A stretch of DNA of 64,000 nucleotides from Candidatus Poribacteria bacterium (GCA_022827185.1 JAJDTM010000026.1:27964-91963); one strand, 5' to 3'; shown: positions 19,258 to 29,656, numbered from the stretch's first letter. Numbers and translations are program-made. The notes: generated by a model not told the origin, from the sequence alone.

Positions 19258-20877
19258 ATGAGAAGTTTTGGCACTACGGGCCGCGTGCGACCCGAGCAAC
19301 ACTATATTGTCCCCCGCACTAAGGAGATCGCGGATTTCATTCATCGCGTCGAAGATGGAAAGTACATCGTCCTTTTCGCACCACGGCAGACCGGCAAAAC
19401 GACCTTCTTCCGATTGGCACTTGAAGCACTTAGCACGGAAGACCCGACCTATTTTCCGATTCAATTGGATTTCCAGACGATGCGCAACGCCGCACCTGTC
19501 ACTTTTTATGAACAGCTCTATTACCAGATTAACAGGCAAATTAAGAGCGTGTTCCAAAAACGAGGCGAGGTGCCTTCTGAAGCATTGACACAATTTTTAC
19601 AGAACACAACACTAACTGACCATTTTTCGATGGAAGCGTTCTTTGAAAACCTTAAAAGTTTTCTGGACAACGATTTTCGCAATCAAAGACTCGCTTCTAC
19701 GAAGGTTGTGATCCTCATCGACGAGTTTGATGGTATTCCCCAAACAGTCGTCAGTGATTTTCTATACGCACTTCGGCAGATTTATCTCTCTGATGAATTG
19801 ACCTGTCCGCACAGCGTCGGCATCGTGGGTGTCAAAAGCATCGCCCAGCTGGACTATGATAGGTCTGTCTCGCCGTTTAATATCCAAGACGAATTTCGTT
19901 TGCCGAACTTCACCTTTAAACAGATACAGGGGCTGTTGGGACAGTATACAGATGAAGTCGGACAAGCCTTTGCACCCGAAGTCGTTGAATCCATTCATAA
20001 ACAGACAGCCGGTCAGCCGGTACTTGTCAATCGCTTCGCGCAGATACTCACGGAAGAGTTAGACATCCCGAAAACTCAGACGATTACCCCGGACCACTTT
20101 CTACAAGCACGTACGCAACTGCTACGCGAACGAAATATCAATATCCAGCATCTCACGACCAATATCCGCAGGAACTGGCGCTTTGAAAGAATACTAATAG
20201 ACATTATGTCTTACGAGGAAGGAGTCCTCTTCAACCTCCGTGATCCCTTGATTGATGAACTCGCGACTTACGGTGTTATCGCCCGAGACAGCGACGGCAT
20301 GTGCCAAATTGCCAATCCGATTTACCTCTATTGCATCTTGCAAGCGTTCAAACCGACAATGAACGGGCTTGAACGGGAATACTTCCACGAAGATAATGTT
20401 GAAGGCTTTCAGGGCTACCTTACCACTACCGGACACATAGATATGGAACGGCTGCTGGATAACTTCCGCGACTTTATCGCCCGCGCAGGTTTCAAAATTC
20501 TACAGGTACCGGATACACCACAAGAATCCGTCGGGCGGCACCTTCTGCTCACCTATCTCGACCTATTCGCGCGGAGTGTTGGTGGGGTCTTGTCTTTTGA
20601 TGTCGAAACAGGACGCGGTAGGATGGATCTCCTCATTACGCGCGCGGGGCGAAAATATATTGTTGAGACAAAGATTTGGCGGGGCAACATCCGCTATCAG
20701 ATGGGCAAAAAGCCGCTCGCCGCTTACCTCAAATTGGAAGGTGAGACACAAGGCTACTACGTCGTTTTCGATCATCGGAGGACGCCAGAACCGCGGGTAG
20801 AGACAGAAACAATAGAAGATGTAAGGCTTCGGAGTTACGTGATCCCTGTCGTACAAGAACAGCCTTCAACGCAATAA
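19258..20877 (+). CDS. AAA-like P-loop ATPase with C-terminal PD-(D/E)XK-like nuclease domain
   Basis: APRQTGKTT, ILIDEFD, SPFNI; C-terminal GRGRMDLLI...YIVETKIW...GYYVVFD. Confidence 0.75.
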   Translation: MRSFGTTGRVRPEQHYIVPRTKEIADFIHRVEDGKYIVLFAPRQTGKTTFFRLALEALSTEDPTYFPIQLDFQTMRNAAPVTFYEQLYYQINRQIKSVFQKRGEVPSEALTQFLQNTTLTDHFSMEAFFENLKSFLDNDFRNQRLASTKVVILIDEFDGIPQTVVSDFLYALRQIYLSDELTCPHSVGIVGVKSIAQLDYDRSVSPFNIQDEFRLPNFTFKQIQGLLGQYTDEVGQAFAPEVVESIHKQTAGQPVLVNRFAQILTEELDIPKTQTITPDHFLQARTQLLRERNINIQHLTTNIRRNWRFERILIDIMSYEEGVLFNLRDPLIDELATYGVIARDSDGMCQIANPIYLYCILQAFKPTMNGLEREYFHEDNVEGFQGYLTTTGHIDMERLLDNFRDFIARAGFKILQVPDTPQESVGRHLLLTYLDLFARSVGGVLSFDVETGRGRMDLLITRAGRKYIVETKIWRGNIRYQMGKKPLAAYLKLEGETQGYYVVFDHRRTPEPRVETETIEDVRLRSYVIPVVQEQPSTQ

Positions 20878-20890
20878 AGGAGGATAACCT

Positions 20891-21172
20891 ATGGAAACAT
20901 CGGAAAAAAATAAAGCATATTGGCGAAAGAATCTGCAATACCTCGCTATCTTATTAGGTATTTGGTTCGTCACTTCGTATCTCTGTTCAATTGTGTTCGT
21001 GGAACAACTCGATAAGATCCAATTCTGGGGATACCGACTCGGTTTCTATTTTGCGCAACAGGCATCCATCTGGATTTTTGTTGAGCTTATCTTTGTTTAT
21101 GCGTGGTTGATGAACCGTTTGGAGAAAAAATATGCGCAAACCGAAGATGAGGAGGACCCTGAACAATCATGA
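20891..21172 (+). CDS. DUF4212-family small subunit of a solute:sodium symporter
   Basis: AYWRKNL, GFYFAQQASI, YAWLMNRLE; overlaps the actP start (ATGA). Confidence 0.85.
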   Translation: METSEKNKAYWRKNLQYLAILLGIWFVTSYLCSIVFVEQLDKIQFWGYRLGFYFAQQASIWIFVELIFVYAWLMNRLEKKYAQTEDEEDPEQS

Positions 21173-22866
21173 GCGTACAAGCATGGACATTTGTGATGGT
21201 GGCACTCTCCTTCGCTTTATATATCGGTGTTGCGCTCTGGTCGAAAGCGCGTTCTACGGGTGATTTCTATGTTGCAGGAAGTAATGTGCATCCGGTTGTC
21301 AATGGCATGGCGACAGCGGCGGATTGGATGAGTGCCGCCTCTTTTATCTCGATGGCAGGACTTATATCGTTTATGGGGCGCGACGGTTCCGTTTATCTGC
21401 TCGGTTGGACGGGGGGGTACGTACTGCTGGCATTGTTGTTGGCACCGTATCTCCGAAAATTCGGTAAATACACTGTTCCTGATTTCGTAGGCGACCGGTA
21501 TTATTCGCACTTGGCTCGAATCGTCGCCGTGGTGTGTGCAATTTTTGTCTCGTTTACTTACGTGGCGGGACAGATGCGCGGTGTCGGTATCGTCTTTTCC
21601 CGGTTTCTGAGCGTCAATGTTGAGACGGGGGTCCTTATCGGGATGGGAATTGTGTTCTTTTACGCCGTGCTTGGCGGTATGAAGGGGATTACCTACACAC
21701 AGGTCGCACAATACTGTGTGCTGATTTTTGCGTTTCTCGTGCCTGCTATTTTTATCTCTATCCTGATTACAGGTAACGCTATTCCTCAACTTGGATTGAT
21801 GGGAAAAGTTGCAGATGGCTCAGGGTTATATCTTCTGGATCGCCTTAACGGCTTGAGTGAAGAACTGGGATTTAACTTATATACGGACGGAAGTAAAAGC
21901 ACTATTGATGTCTTTTTCATTACGGCGGCGTTGATGTTAGGAACAGCCGGACTTCCGCACGTGATTATTCGGTTTTATACTGTCCGAAAAGCTTCTGAAG
22001 CACGAATTTCTGCTGGATGGGCACTCCTGTTTATTGCGTTTCTCTATACCACAGCACCAGCAGTTGCAGTGTTTGCAAGGACGAATCTCCTTAAAACTGT
22101 CAGGTATGAACAGAATGGTGAGTTAACAGATGTCAGGTATGAGGATGTGCCGGAGTGGTTTAAGAATTGGGAGGCAACAGGTCTAATTGCGTTCGACGAT
22201 TTGAATAGCGATGGGAAGATACAGTACCGAGGTCCGAAATCAGATATACCCAATGAACTCGAAATTGATCCGGACATCATGGTATTGGCGAATCCAGAGA
22301 TCGCGAAACTCCCCAATTGGGTTGTCGGATTAGTTGCTGCTGGCGGATTGGCTGCTGCATTGTCAACGGCTGCGGGGTTGTTATTGGTAATTTCCACGGC
22401 GATTGCGCATGACTTACTCAAGGGTAGCATTGTGCCTGGGCTGTCAGAGAAACGCGAGTTAGCCGCTGCGCGCATTGCAGCCGGTGTTGCTGTCTGTATT
22501 GCGGGGTATTTCGGAATAAATCCACCCGGGTTTGTAGGGCAAGTCGTTGCATTCGCCTTCGGGCTTGCAGCGAGTTCATTCTTCCCTGCGATCGTCATGG
22601 GAATTTTCTCCAAACGGATGAACAAGGCAGGGGCGGTCAGCGGTATGATTGTCGGTATCACTTTTACTGCGGCGTATATTATCTATTTCAAATTTATCAA
22701 TCCAGATCACAACACATCAGAGTACTGGTTATGGGGCATTTCACCTGAAGGGATTGGGACGCTCGGCATGGTGCTGAACTTTATTGTTGCTATTACTGTA
22801 TCAGCATTGACGCCACCACCACCTGATGAGGTGCAGGCACTCGTTGAGGACATCCGGGTTCCATAA
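21169..22866 (+). CDS. actP: Cation:acetate symporter (SSS family)
   Basis: NGMATAADWMSAASF, LRKFGKYTVPDF, GGMKGITYTQVAQY, GTAGLPHVIIRF, AAALSTAAGLL. Confidence 0.85.
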   Translation: MSVQAWTFVMVALSFALYIGVALWSKARSTGDFYVAGSNVHPVVNGMATAADWMSAASFISMAGLISFMGRDGSVYLLGWTGGYVLLALLLAPYLRKFGKYTVPDFVGDRYYSHLARIVAVVCAIFVSFTYVAGQMRGVGIVFSRFLSVNVETGVLIGMGIVFFYAVLGGMKGITYTQVAQYCVLIFAFLVPAIFISILITGNAIPQLGLMGKVADGSGLYLLDRLNGLSEELGFNLYTDGSKSTIDVFFITAALMLGTAGLPHVIIRFYTVRKASEARISAGWALLFIAFLYTTAPAVAVFARTNLLKTVRYEQNGELTDVRYEDVPEWFKNWEATGLIAFDDLNSDGKIQYRGPKSDIPNELEIDPDIMVLANPEIAKLPNWVVGLVAAGGLAAALSTAAGLLLVISTAIAHDLLKGSIVPGLSEKRELAAARIAAGVAVCIAGYFGINPPGFVGQVVAFAFGLAASSFFPAIVMGIFSKRMNKAGAVSGMIVGITFTAAYIIYFKFINPDHNTSEYWLWGISPEGIGTLGMVLNFIVAITVSALTPPPPDEVQALVEDIRVP

Positions 22867-22908
22867 AAAACATTCGGCGTACTTTGGAGGCACACATAGA
22901 GGTATCTC

Positions 22909-24564
22909 ATGAGACACACATTGAAAACAACCATTTTTGTTCTTTTTCTTATCGGTATTGCTTTTTCGGCGAATGCCGCGAGGGTTGAAGACTTCATGCC
23001 AGAGGAGAGTGTTCTGTATGTGCAACTCCAGCATATAGATGAGGTCTACGGCGAAATTGAGACTTCCGAAACTTGGCAAAAAGCGTTCGCCTTGTTGCCA
23101 AGCGAGTCAGAGGACATTCGGAACGGAATCAGGATGGCAGAAGCTTTTCTGAGTACAGATCTGCTAAGTGTACTTGAAACGATCGGATACCAGACCGCAT
23201 TAGCCGTTTGGTTAGACGAAACGGGGGCTTCGCAAGTTGGATTCGTCGTCCATTCAGGTGGAAATCTCAGTGAACTCCAACGGTTTACCAAAATCGCAGA
23301 GGGTGCTATCGGATTGACTGGCGGAAATACTTTACGCTTAGATGCAGGTGTGTACCAGCGGGCTCGCTACAACGTTATGGAGATGAACCAAAATATTGCC
23401 AAGTACGGATTTGTTGGCGATTTTCTTGTGCTTGGTGTGGGTGAAGGTGCTTTCGAGAAATTGATGGATACCTATCGGAAAGACGCGCCATCTATTCGGC
23501 ATAACGAGGAATTTGCCGGAATGGTAAAGAAAATAGAGTCAGGAGAGGTTATCATATTTGCTGACGTGGAACACGCATTATCTTTGGTAGAGATAGACGA
23601 TTTAGACGAATGGAGACGGACACGATTTCCTATCTTTCAATCTGTATATGTACGGTTTAATTTGTTGGAACCCGGTCCTTTCTATCAGATGGCTGCGCAA
23701 TTCAATCCTAATGCACCAGATTTTTCAGAAAACGAGATCGGTTTGTTTTTGGAGAAAGGTAAAGAACTCGAAATTTTAAACGCATTGTCGGGTGAAGAGG
23801 ATCTGTTTGTTACTGTAGCCCCGAATGTCGTGAACGGTGTATGGAAAATCGTTCGGTCCGAGATGGAGAAAAATCTGACAGATGACGTAATCGAAGGTGT
23901 CTCTTATTTGGAGGGGTTGTTGAATCTTGACTTGGAAGATGACGTTATGACAGGACTCACTGGGGAGCTCGCTTTGTCGGTGTCTGATTTATCTCAATTT
24001 GACCCCACATCCTTTGAGGGGCTCGAGATTAACGCTGATAACTCGTTTACAATAGATGCCACTGCAGTAGAAACACACGGTGGTTTAATCTTCAAGCCTA
24101 CCAGTCTCCTGAAATGGAATCAATTCATCAATAGTCTATCTAACTTACAAAATATTTCTGTCTCTCAAACGGTTTATAATGAGGTAATGCTGTCGACGTT
24201 CGCAACAAATATCTATTATGGTGAAGCAGCCGGGCTGTTTCTTTTAAGTTTTTCAGAGGAGCAGATGTACACACTCATAGATGGAATAAAGGAGAAAAAG
24301 AGACCCACCCATTTGAAGCAAGTACCAAAAAACCCAATAGTATTCGCACAAGTGAATTTAGCACGGGTTTTGGAGGCAGCAGGGGAAGAAATACCACCTG
24401 CTAACGAAGTGATTGTCAGTTCCGAAGAAATTGCACCATTGCTCGCGTGGATTTCGGTGGAAGATAATGAGGTATCGTTAGAAATGACCTTATTGGGAAA
24501 AGAGGCACCACTTGAAGTACTTGCGAAACTCGTTCCGTTCTACGTTTGGGCTATGGAGAATTAG
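22909..24564 (+). CDS. Secreted hypothetical protein (DUF3352-like)
   Basis: Signal peptide ending ANA; 'DFMPEESVLYV' start; two-fold alpha/beta repeat with LTGELAL. Confidence 0.55.
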   Translation: MRHTLKTTIFVLFLIGIAFSANAARVEDFMPEESVLYVQLQHIDEVYGEIETSETWQKAFALLPSESEDIRNGIRMAEAFLSTDLLSVLETIGYQTALAVWLDETGASQVGFVVHSGGNLSELQRFTKIAEGAIGLTGGNTLRLDAGVYQRARYNVMEMNQNIAKYGFVGDFLVLGVGEGAFEKLMDTYRKDAPSIRHNEEFAGMVKKIESGEVIIFADVEHALSLVEIDDLDEWRRTRFPIFQSVYVRFNLLEPGPFYQMAAQFNPNAPDFSENEIGLFLEKGKELEILNALSGEEDLFVTVAPNVVNGVWKIVRSEMEKNLTDDVIEGVSYLEGLLNLDLEDDVMTGLTGELALSVSDLSQFDPTSFEGLEINADNSFTIDATAVETHGGLIFKPTSLLKWNQFINSLSNLQNISVSQTVYNEVMLSTFATNIYYGEAAGLFLLSFSEEQMYTLIDGIKEKKRPTHLKQVPKNPIVFAQVNLARVLEAAGEEIPPANEVIVSSEEIAPLLAWISVEDNEVSLEMTLLGKEAPLEVLAKLVPFYVWAMEN

Positions 24565-24611
24565 TAGACGCTATCTTATTCGGTTAGGTTTAACCGATCA
24601 AGGGGGTAATA

Positions 24612-25793
24612 ATGTTGATCCAGAAACGACTTATACAGAATGCAAACGCTAAACGATGGTTTTGGATAATAACAGTGGTTACTACGCTGTTGCTCGGTTT
24701 TGGAATTAGCCAGATGGTCCAGTTTCAGGAGGCGACGGCGCAAGCACAGGAGGATCCGTTTGCACAACTCACAGCGGAACTCGAGACACTCAAAGCGCAA
24801 CATAGAATAATGCAGGCGAAGTGGCAATCCGAATTACTCGCACAGATCGCACCCACTTTAAAGAACGAGCCAGACGCTGTAAAGCGTCAATTTGTTGATT
24901 TCCTTGAAGAAATTGGAAGTCCGGGGACCGCTGCGCTTGTCTTCATGATGCATGATCCAGCGAAAAGTGTGCGCAGAAAGGCAGTTGAAGCGTTAGGTGA
25001 AATCGGTGAGGATGAGCGGAAAGCGGGTAAGAATTATGATGCTGCGGCGATCGCTTTGGCGGCGGCACTTCAAGACACCTCTGATGAAGTTTTTCGTGAG
25101 GCAGTTCAAGAATTAGATGATGTCGCTCCGACATCTGCAGAGTCCCTTTCCTTTGTTGTGCCTGCACTCATTGAGGTTAGGACCAGAGGTTCATCAAATA
25201 CGCGTGACGACATCATTGATGCTTTAGGACGGATCGGCGAGGCACTCGCAAAAAATGGACAAGGGACTGACACCATCCGCGATGCTTTAATTCTGAGTAT
25301 GGATGACGATTCAACAAAAGTCCGAACGAATGTAATCGTTGAGTTGTCTGATATACGAGCGGCTTCTCCTGAGACGTTCGCTGCGTTGATACCTGCACTG
25401 TCAGATGATGCTAAGTCCGTGCGGGCACGTGCTGAGGATGTGTTGATTAAACTCGGTAGAAACCACGCTCTGAGCATCACGCCTATGTTGGCAAATGCGC
25501 TGGCGAATAATCAATCAGCTACGACGCGTGGACGTATTGTTGATGTGCTCGGAGAAATCGGTAAAGCAGTCGTAAAGAAGGGTGAATCCGATGAGATGAT
25601 TGTAAAACCGCTCCTTGTGGCATTGACGGATACCGACGCGGATGTCCGACGCAACGCCGCTGACGAATTAGGTGAGATGCGCACGAAATCAGCCGACGCG
25701 GTAACCGCATTGACACATGCACTGGAGGATAGTTCTAAAAACGTTCGTAGTGCTGCCCAAAAGGCGATTCGACGGATTGCGGCAGCAAAATAA
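24612..25793 (+). CDS. Membrane-anchored HEAT-repeat protein
   Basis: N-terminal TM plus coiled coil, then repeated 'ALxDxxxxVRxxAxxALGxIG' units. Confidence 0.85.
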   Translation: MLIQKRLIQNANAKRWFWIITVVTTLLLGFGISQMVQFQEATAQAQEDPFAQLTAELETLKAQHRIMQAKWQSELLAQIAPTLKNEPDAVKRQFVDFLEEIGSPGTAALVFMMHDPAKSVRRKAVEALGEIGEDERKAGKNYDAAAIALAAALQDTSDEVFREAVQELDDVAPTSAESLSFVVPALIEVRTRGSSNTRDDIIDALGRIGEALAKNGQGTDTIRDALILSMDDDSTKVRTNVIVELSDIRAASPETFAALIPALSDDAKSVRARAEDVLIKLGRNHALSITPMLANALANNQSATTRGRIVDVLGEIGKAVVKKGESDEMIVKPLLVALTDTDADVRRNAADELGEMRTKSADAVTALTHALEDSSKNVRSAAQKAIRRIAAAK

Positions 25794-25840
25794 CGTATAG
25801 CGTAAATGTTGTAGCAGTGAAAACTAATTTTTTGTTCATA

Positions 25841-25982
25841 TTTGTCGAACAAATAGGTTTTTTATACGTCTAATACTATTAATAAGTATTTTATAGTAGT
25901 ATATGCTGGGATGTTTCTGAACAGAGGGTCAGACATAAATTGTTAGGTAATTTGTTAAACTTATTTGTGGTTGATGCGTCTT
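25841..25982 (+). promoter_or_regulatory. Two tandem ECF-sigma-like promoters upstream of the T2SS operon
   Basis: tttgtcGAAC-N16-CGTCta (25841-25872) and tttgttAAAC-N16-CGTCtt (25951-25982). Confidence 0.55.
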
Positions 25983-26088
25983 AATTAGCAACTGAGAGAA
26001 AAACTAAGACAGATTTATCAAAAAAACACCACAAAATTTACGGCTTGCGCGAGGACTAAACCTCCGCTGACAAAAGAGCAATTACACT

Positions 26089-27858
26089 ATGCAACAGATA
26101 CAAGATACGGTTTCGGTTGTTGAGGTGATGCGCCAGGCATCTCTCATCTCGGAACAGGACTATACGGATATTATTGCAGAATTAGAAGAGACCGGTGCCT
26201 CCGAAGCAGCTGTGCTTTCCAAGCATGGTGTGTCACCCAACCTCCTTGCACTTGCTACAAAGAGCGTCGAATCCGGGACCCCTCTTGTCCAATTGGAGGG
26301 GATTAATCCTGACGACGCCACACTTGAAAAGGTATCCCCAGGGTTCGCATATCGCAGCAAAATTGTTCCTATTGAATTAAACGGTGATGAACTCACGGTA
26401 GCAATGGCGGATGTCCTGGATGTCGTTCTCATAGACGAGATTGAGCTTATCACGGATTGTCGGGTAATCCCGATCCTTGCTGATGAGGCAGATATTGACG
26501 AAGCGATTATCCGTCTCTATGGACGTACTGCTGAAAGTCTTCTGAGTGCTGGTATCAAGGGCCCCGTCGGTGCGACTGAGACCCTTGAACGTGAAACCAT
26601 TGAAGACTTCGGCATTGATGAGAAAGACCTCAGCCAAGATCCGACAGTCATCCACGCTGTTGATCAGATGATTATTGATGCTGTCCGGATGGGCGCAAGT
26701 GATATCCATATTGAACCGTATCCGACACAACTCAAGATCCGATTTCGTGTTGACGGCGTGCTTGAGGATCAACCACAGCCGCCCGCCTATTTGCAATCTG
26801 CAATCACCTCCCGTATCAAAATTATGGCGGAGATGGATGTCGCCGAGCGTAGACGTCCACAGGATGGAAAGATCAGTAGGCAAATTGGCAGCGTCGGAAA
26901 CCGACAAATAGACCTTCGGGTTTCTACTGTCCCCACTGTTGCAACCCAGCATGGCGAGAGTGTTGTTCTGCGTATCCTTGACCGGCAATCTATTGAGTTT
27001 GGGCTTGCAGAACTCGGATTAACTGAAGACAACCTCGAACTCTTTCAGCGCATGATTCGCAAACCGCACGGTATTATCCTCGCGACCGGTCCCACAGGTA
27101 GTGGAAAGACGACATCACTTTATGCCTGTCTGAAAGAGATTAACTCGCCTGACGTTAAGATCATCACCCTTGAAGACCCCGTTGAGTATGAGTTAGAAGG
27201 GATCAACCAAATCCAGGTGAATTCCGACATTGAGTTCACCTTTGCGGTTGGGCTTCGTCATATTCTGCGTCAGGACCCGGATAAAGTTTTAGTCGGTGAG
27301 ATTCGCGACTACGAAACCGCAGAGATGGCGGTTCATACGTCACTGACGGGGCACCTTGTCTTTAGTACGCTCCATACCAACGATGCCCCCGGTGCTATCA
27401 CACGGCTGATTGATATGAACGTTGAACCGTATCTTGTCGCTTCCACGGTGGAAGGTATCATCGCACAAAGGCTTGCGCGTCGTGTTTGTCGGGCGTGTTG
27501 TGAGATGTATGCACCCAATATGCAAGAATTGGCTGGGTTGATAGGGAGCGGTAATGGCAATCATGTCGCGATTCCGTCCGACCTTGAAATTCCGCGGGCA
27601 GTCGGATGTAAGGAGTGTAGAGGGCGAGGTTACAAAGGTAGGATTGGTATCTTTGAAGTCTTGTTCATGACTGACGAGCTTCGGTCAATGACACTCAAAC
27701 AGTCATCTACCAGTGAGATTCGCCGCCTTGCGGTCCAAATGGGCATGAAAGGCTTACGTGAAGATGGCTGGCGCAAAGTCGCTGCTGGATTGACAACTGT
27801 TGACGAAGTCGTCCGGTTGACTCAGGAAGATGAATTTGATTTCGGAGAAGCTATCTAA
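26089..27858 (+). CDS. gspE: Type II secretion ATPase GspE/PilB family
   Basis: ASDIHIEP, RFRVDGVL, AERRRPQDG, TGPTGSGKTT, LEDPVEY, LRQDPD, GHLVFSTLHTND, two CxxC motifs. Confidence 0.95.
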   Translation: MQQIQDTVSVVEVMRQASLISEQDYTDIIAELEETGASEAAVLSKHGVSPNLLALATKSVESGTPLVQLEGINPDDATLEKVSPGFAYRSKIVPIELNGDELTVAMADVLDVVLIDEIELITDCRVIPILADEADIDEAIIRLYGRTAESLLSAGIKGPVGATETLERETIEDFGIDEKDLSQDPTVIHAVDQMIIDAVRMGASDIHIEPYPTQLKIRFRVDGVLEDQPQPPAYLQSAITSRIKIMAEMDVAERRRPQDGKISRQIGSVGNRQIDLRVSTVPTVATQHGESVVLRILDRQSIEFGLAELGLTEDNLELFQRMIRKPHGIILATGPTGSGKTTSLYACLKEINSPDVKIITLEDPVEYELEGINQIQVNSDIEFTFAVGLRHILRQDPDKVLVGEIRDYETAEMAVHTSLTGHLVFSTLHTNDAPGAITRLIDMNVEPYLVASTVEGIIAQRLARRVCRACCEMYAPNMQELAGLIGSGNGNHVAIPSDLEIPRAVGCKECRGRGYKGRIGIFEVLFMTDELRSMTLKQSSTSEIRRLAVQMGMKGLREDGWRKVAAGLTTVDEVVRLTQEDEFDFGEAI

Positions 27859-27912
27859 AGTATCTGCTGTTTTATAGGTTAATCTTGTGGGGCCGATTGT
27901 GGAGGCGAAGGA

Positions 27913-29139
27913 ATGCCGTTATTCCGATATGAAGCACTCACGCATAGTGGCGGTAGTGTAAAAAATACACTGGAAGCAGATTCTAAAGCCGAACTCGTTT
28001 CTCGGTTACGGCAGATGGGTTATTGGCCTACAGACATTATTGAGGAGACGGAGGAAGATGCCGCAAACGATGTCCGTAAATGGCTTAAAATCGGTAGTGG
28101 CGGCGTTAAAGCGGCAGACGTTGAGTTTTTCACGTATCAATTAGCGACGTTGGTGAATGCACATGTTCCGTTACCTCGTGCCTTGGAGGTTACCCTCGGG
28201 CAGATCCAGAATCCAGCACTCAACCGTATCGTCTCACAAGTCAAATATGATGTTGAACATGGCGCGACTTTTAACGATGCCCTAACACAGCATCCAAAGG
28301 CATTTTCCGACCTCTACATTAATATGGTAAAAGCCGGAGAGAGTGGTGGTGTACTCGGTTTAGTCCTCGAACGGCTTGCCGAATTTGCAGAACGCCAAAG
28401 GCTCCTAAAAAACGATGTTATCTCAGCACTCTTTTATCCCATTATTCTGTTGACGCTCAGCATTTCTGCTGTAGCCGTACTCATGATTCTTGTGATACCA
28501 AAATTCACGGCAATGTTCAACGATCTCGGGGTCGTATTGCCGCTGCCAACACGCATCCTCATCGGGGCAACCGATGCCTTCCAAACCTACTGGTGGGTGG
28601 GACTTCTCATCATCATCTTAGGTGTGGCTGGGTTAAGGCAATATCTCCGGCTCGAAACTGGCAGAGTCTGGTTTGACCGGTTGAAACTCAAAATACCACT
28701 TATCGGACCAATAATCAGCACGTTTGCCATTGTCCGTTTTACCCGAACGATGGCGACACTTTTGGAAAATGGCGTACGTATGCTGCCTGCCCTCCAGGTC
28801 GTCAAAGACACGATTGGAAACAGGGTATACAGTAATGTTGTCGCCGAAGCAGAAATAGAGGTTGAGCAAGGTTCTACACTCTCTCGGGAACTCAACAAAA
28901 GTAAGGATTTTCCTGAATTCGTCACGCACATGGTGGCTGTCGGTGAGGAGTCTGGTGAACCTGTCCACATGCTCAGTAAACTCTCTGAATACTATGATGT
29001 AGAAATAAAAAAGAGCCTCGAACGCTTAACAAGTTCAATCGGACCTCTTGTCATTCTACTGATGGGGGTGATTATCGGTTTTATCGCTGTTGCGATGATA
29101 CTTCCGATCTTTGAGGCGAACCAATTACTAAGTGGCTAA
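27913..29139 (+). CDS. gspF: Type II secretion inner-membrane platform protein
   Basis: MPLFRYEAL, YINMVKAGESGG, LPLPTRIL, HMVAVGEESG, AMILPIF. Confidence 0.95.
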   Translation: MPLFRYEALTHSGGSVKNTLEADSKAELVSRLRQMGYWPTDIIEETEEDAANDVRKWLKIGSGGVKAADVEFFTYQLATLVNAHVPLPRALEVTLGQIQNPALNRIVSQVKYDVEHGATFNDALTQHPKAFSDLYINMVKAGESGGVLGLVLERLAEFAERQRLLKNDVISALFYPIILLTLSISAVAVLMILVIPKFTAMFNDLGVVLPLPTRILIGATDAFQTYWWVGLLIIILGVAGLRQYLRLETGRVWFDRLKLKIPLIGPIISTFAIVRFTRTMATLLENGVRMLPALQVVKDTIGNRVYSNVVAEAEIEVEQGSTLSRELNKSKDFPEFVTHMVAVGEESGEPVHMLSKLSEYYDVEIKKSLERLTSSIGPLVILLMGVIIGFIAVAMILPIFEANQLLSG

Positions 29140-29194
29140 TATGCATAGGTGCAAAACGCGCCTTATGATTTTATATACATAGGAGTAAAATTAA

Positions 29195-29650
29195 ATGTTC
29201 AAGCAACTAAAATCCGATGAATCGGGATTAACGCTAATTGAGCTGACGATTGTTATTGTTATCTTAGGGATTTTAGCAGCCTTTATCGCACCACGGGTTA
29301 TGAATGCGCCGCAGAAAGCCAATGTTGCGAAGGCTCAAACAGAAATTGGTGGTCTCAAAACCGCGTTAGAACAATATTACTTGGCAACAGGTGAATATCC
29401 GACAACCGAACAGGGGTTAAGTGCCTTGTGGCGTGCACCGAGTCCAGCACCAGCAAACTGGGATGGTCCGTATATTGATAGCCCGAATTTTGTGGATCCG
29501 TGGGGTAACGCATACGTCTACCGCCAACCGAGTACGCATTACGGCTACGAATATGATCTCTCTTCAATGGGGAAAGATGGCAAGGTTGGGGGTACCGAAT
29601 TGGATGCGGACATCACCAATTGGGTTGAAGAATCAACCGCAGTATATTAA
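29195..29650 (+). CDS. gspG: Major pseudopilin
   Basis: Prepilin site G|LTLIE; YPTTEQGLSAL, NWDGPYI, DPWGNAYVY, SMGKDGKVGG..DADITNW. Confidence 0.95.
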   Translation: MFKQLKSDESGLTLIELTIVIVILGILAAFIAPRVMNAPQKANVAKAQTEIGGLKTALEQYYLATGEYPTTEQGLSALWRAPSPAPANWDGPYIDSPNFVDPWGNAYVYRQPSTHYGYEYDLSSMGKDGKVGGTELDADITNWVEESTAVY

Positions 29651-29656
29651 AAAACA

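Noticed and set aside
21217-22661. Long antisense ORFs (190 and 205 aa) opposite actP
   Set aside because: Typical antisense shadows of a hydrophobic membrane-protein gene; no motifs.
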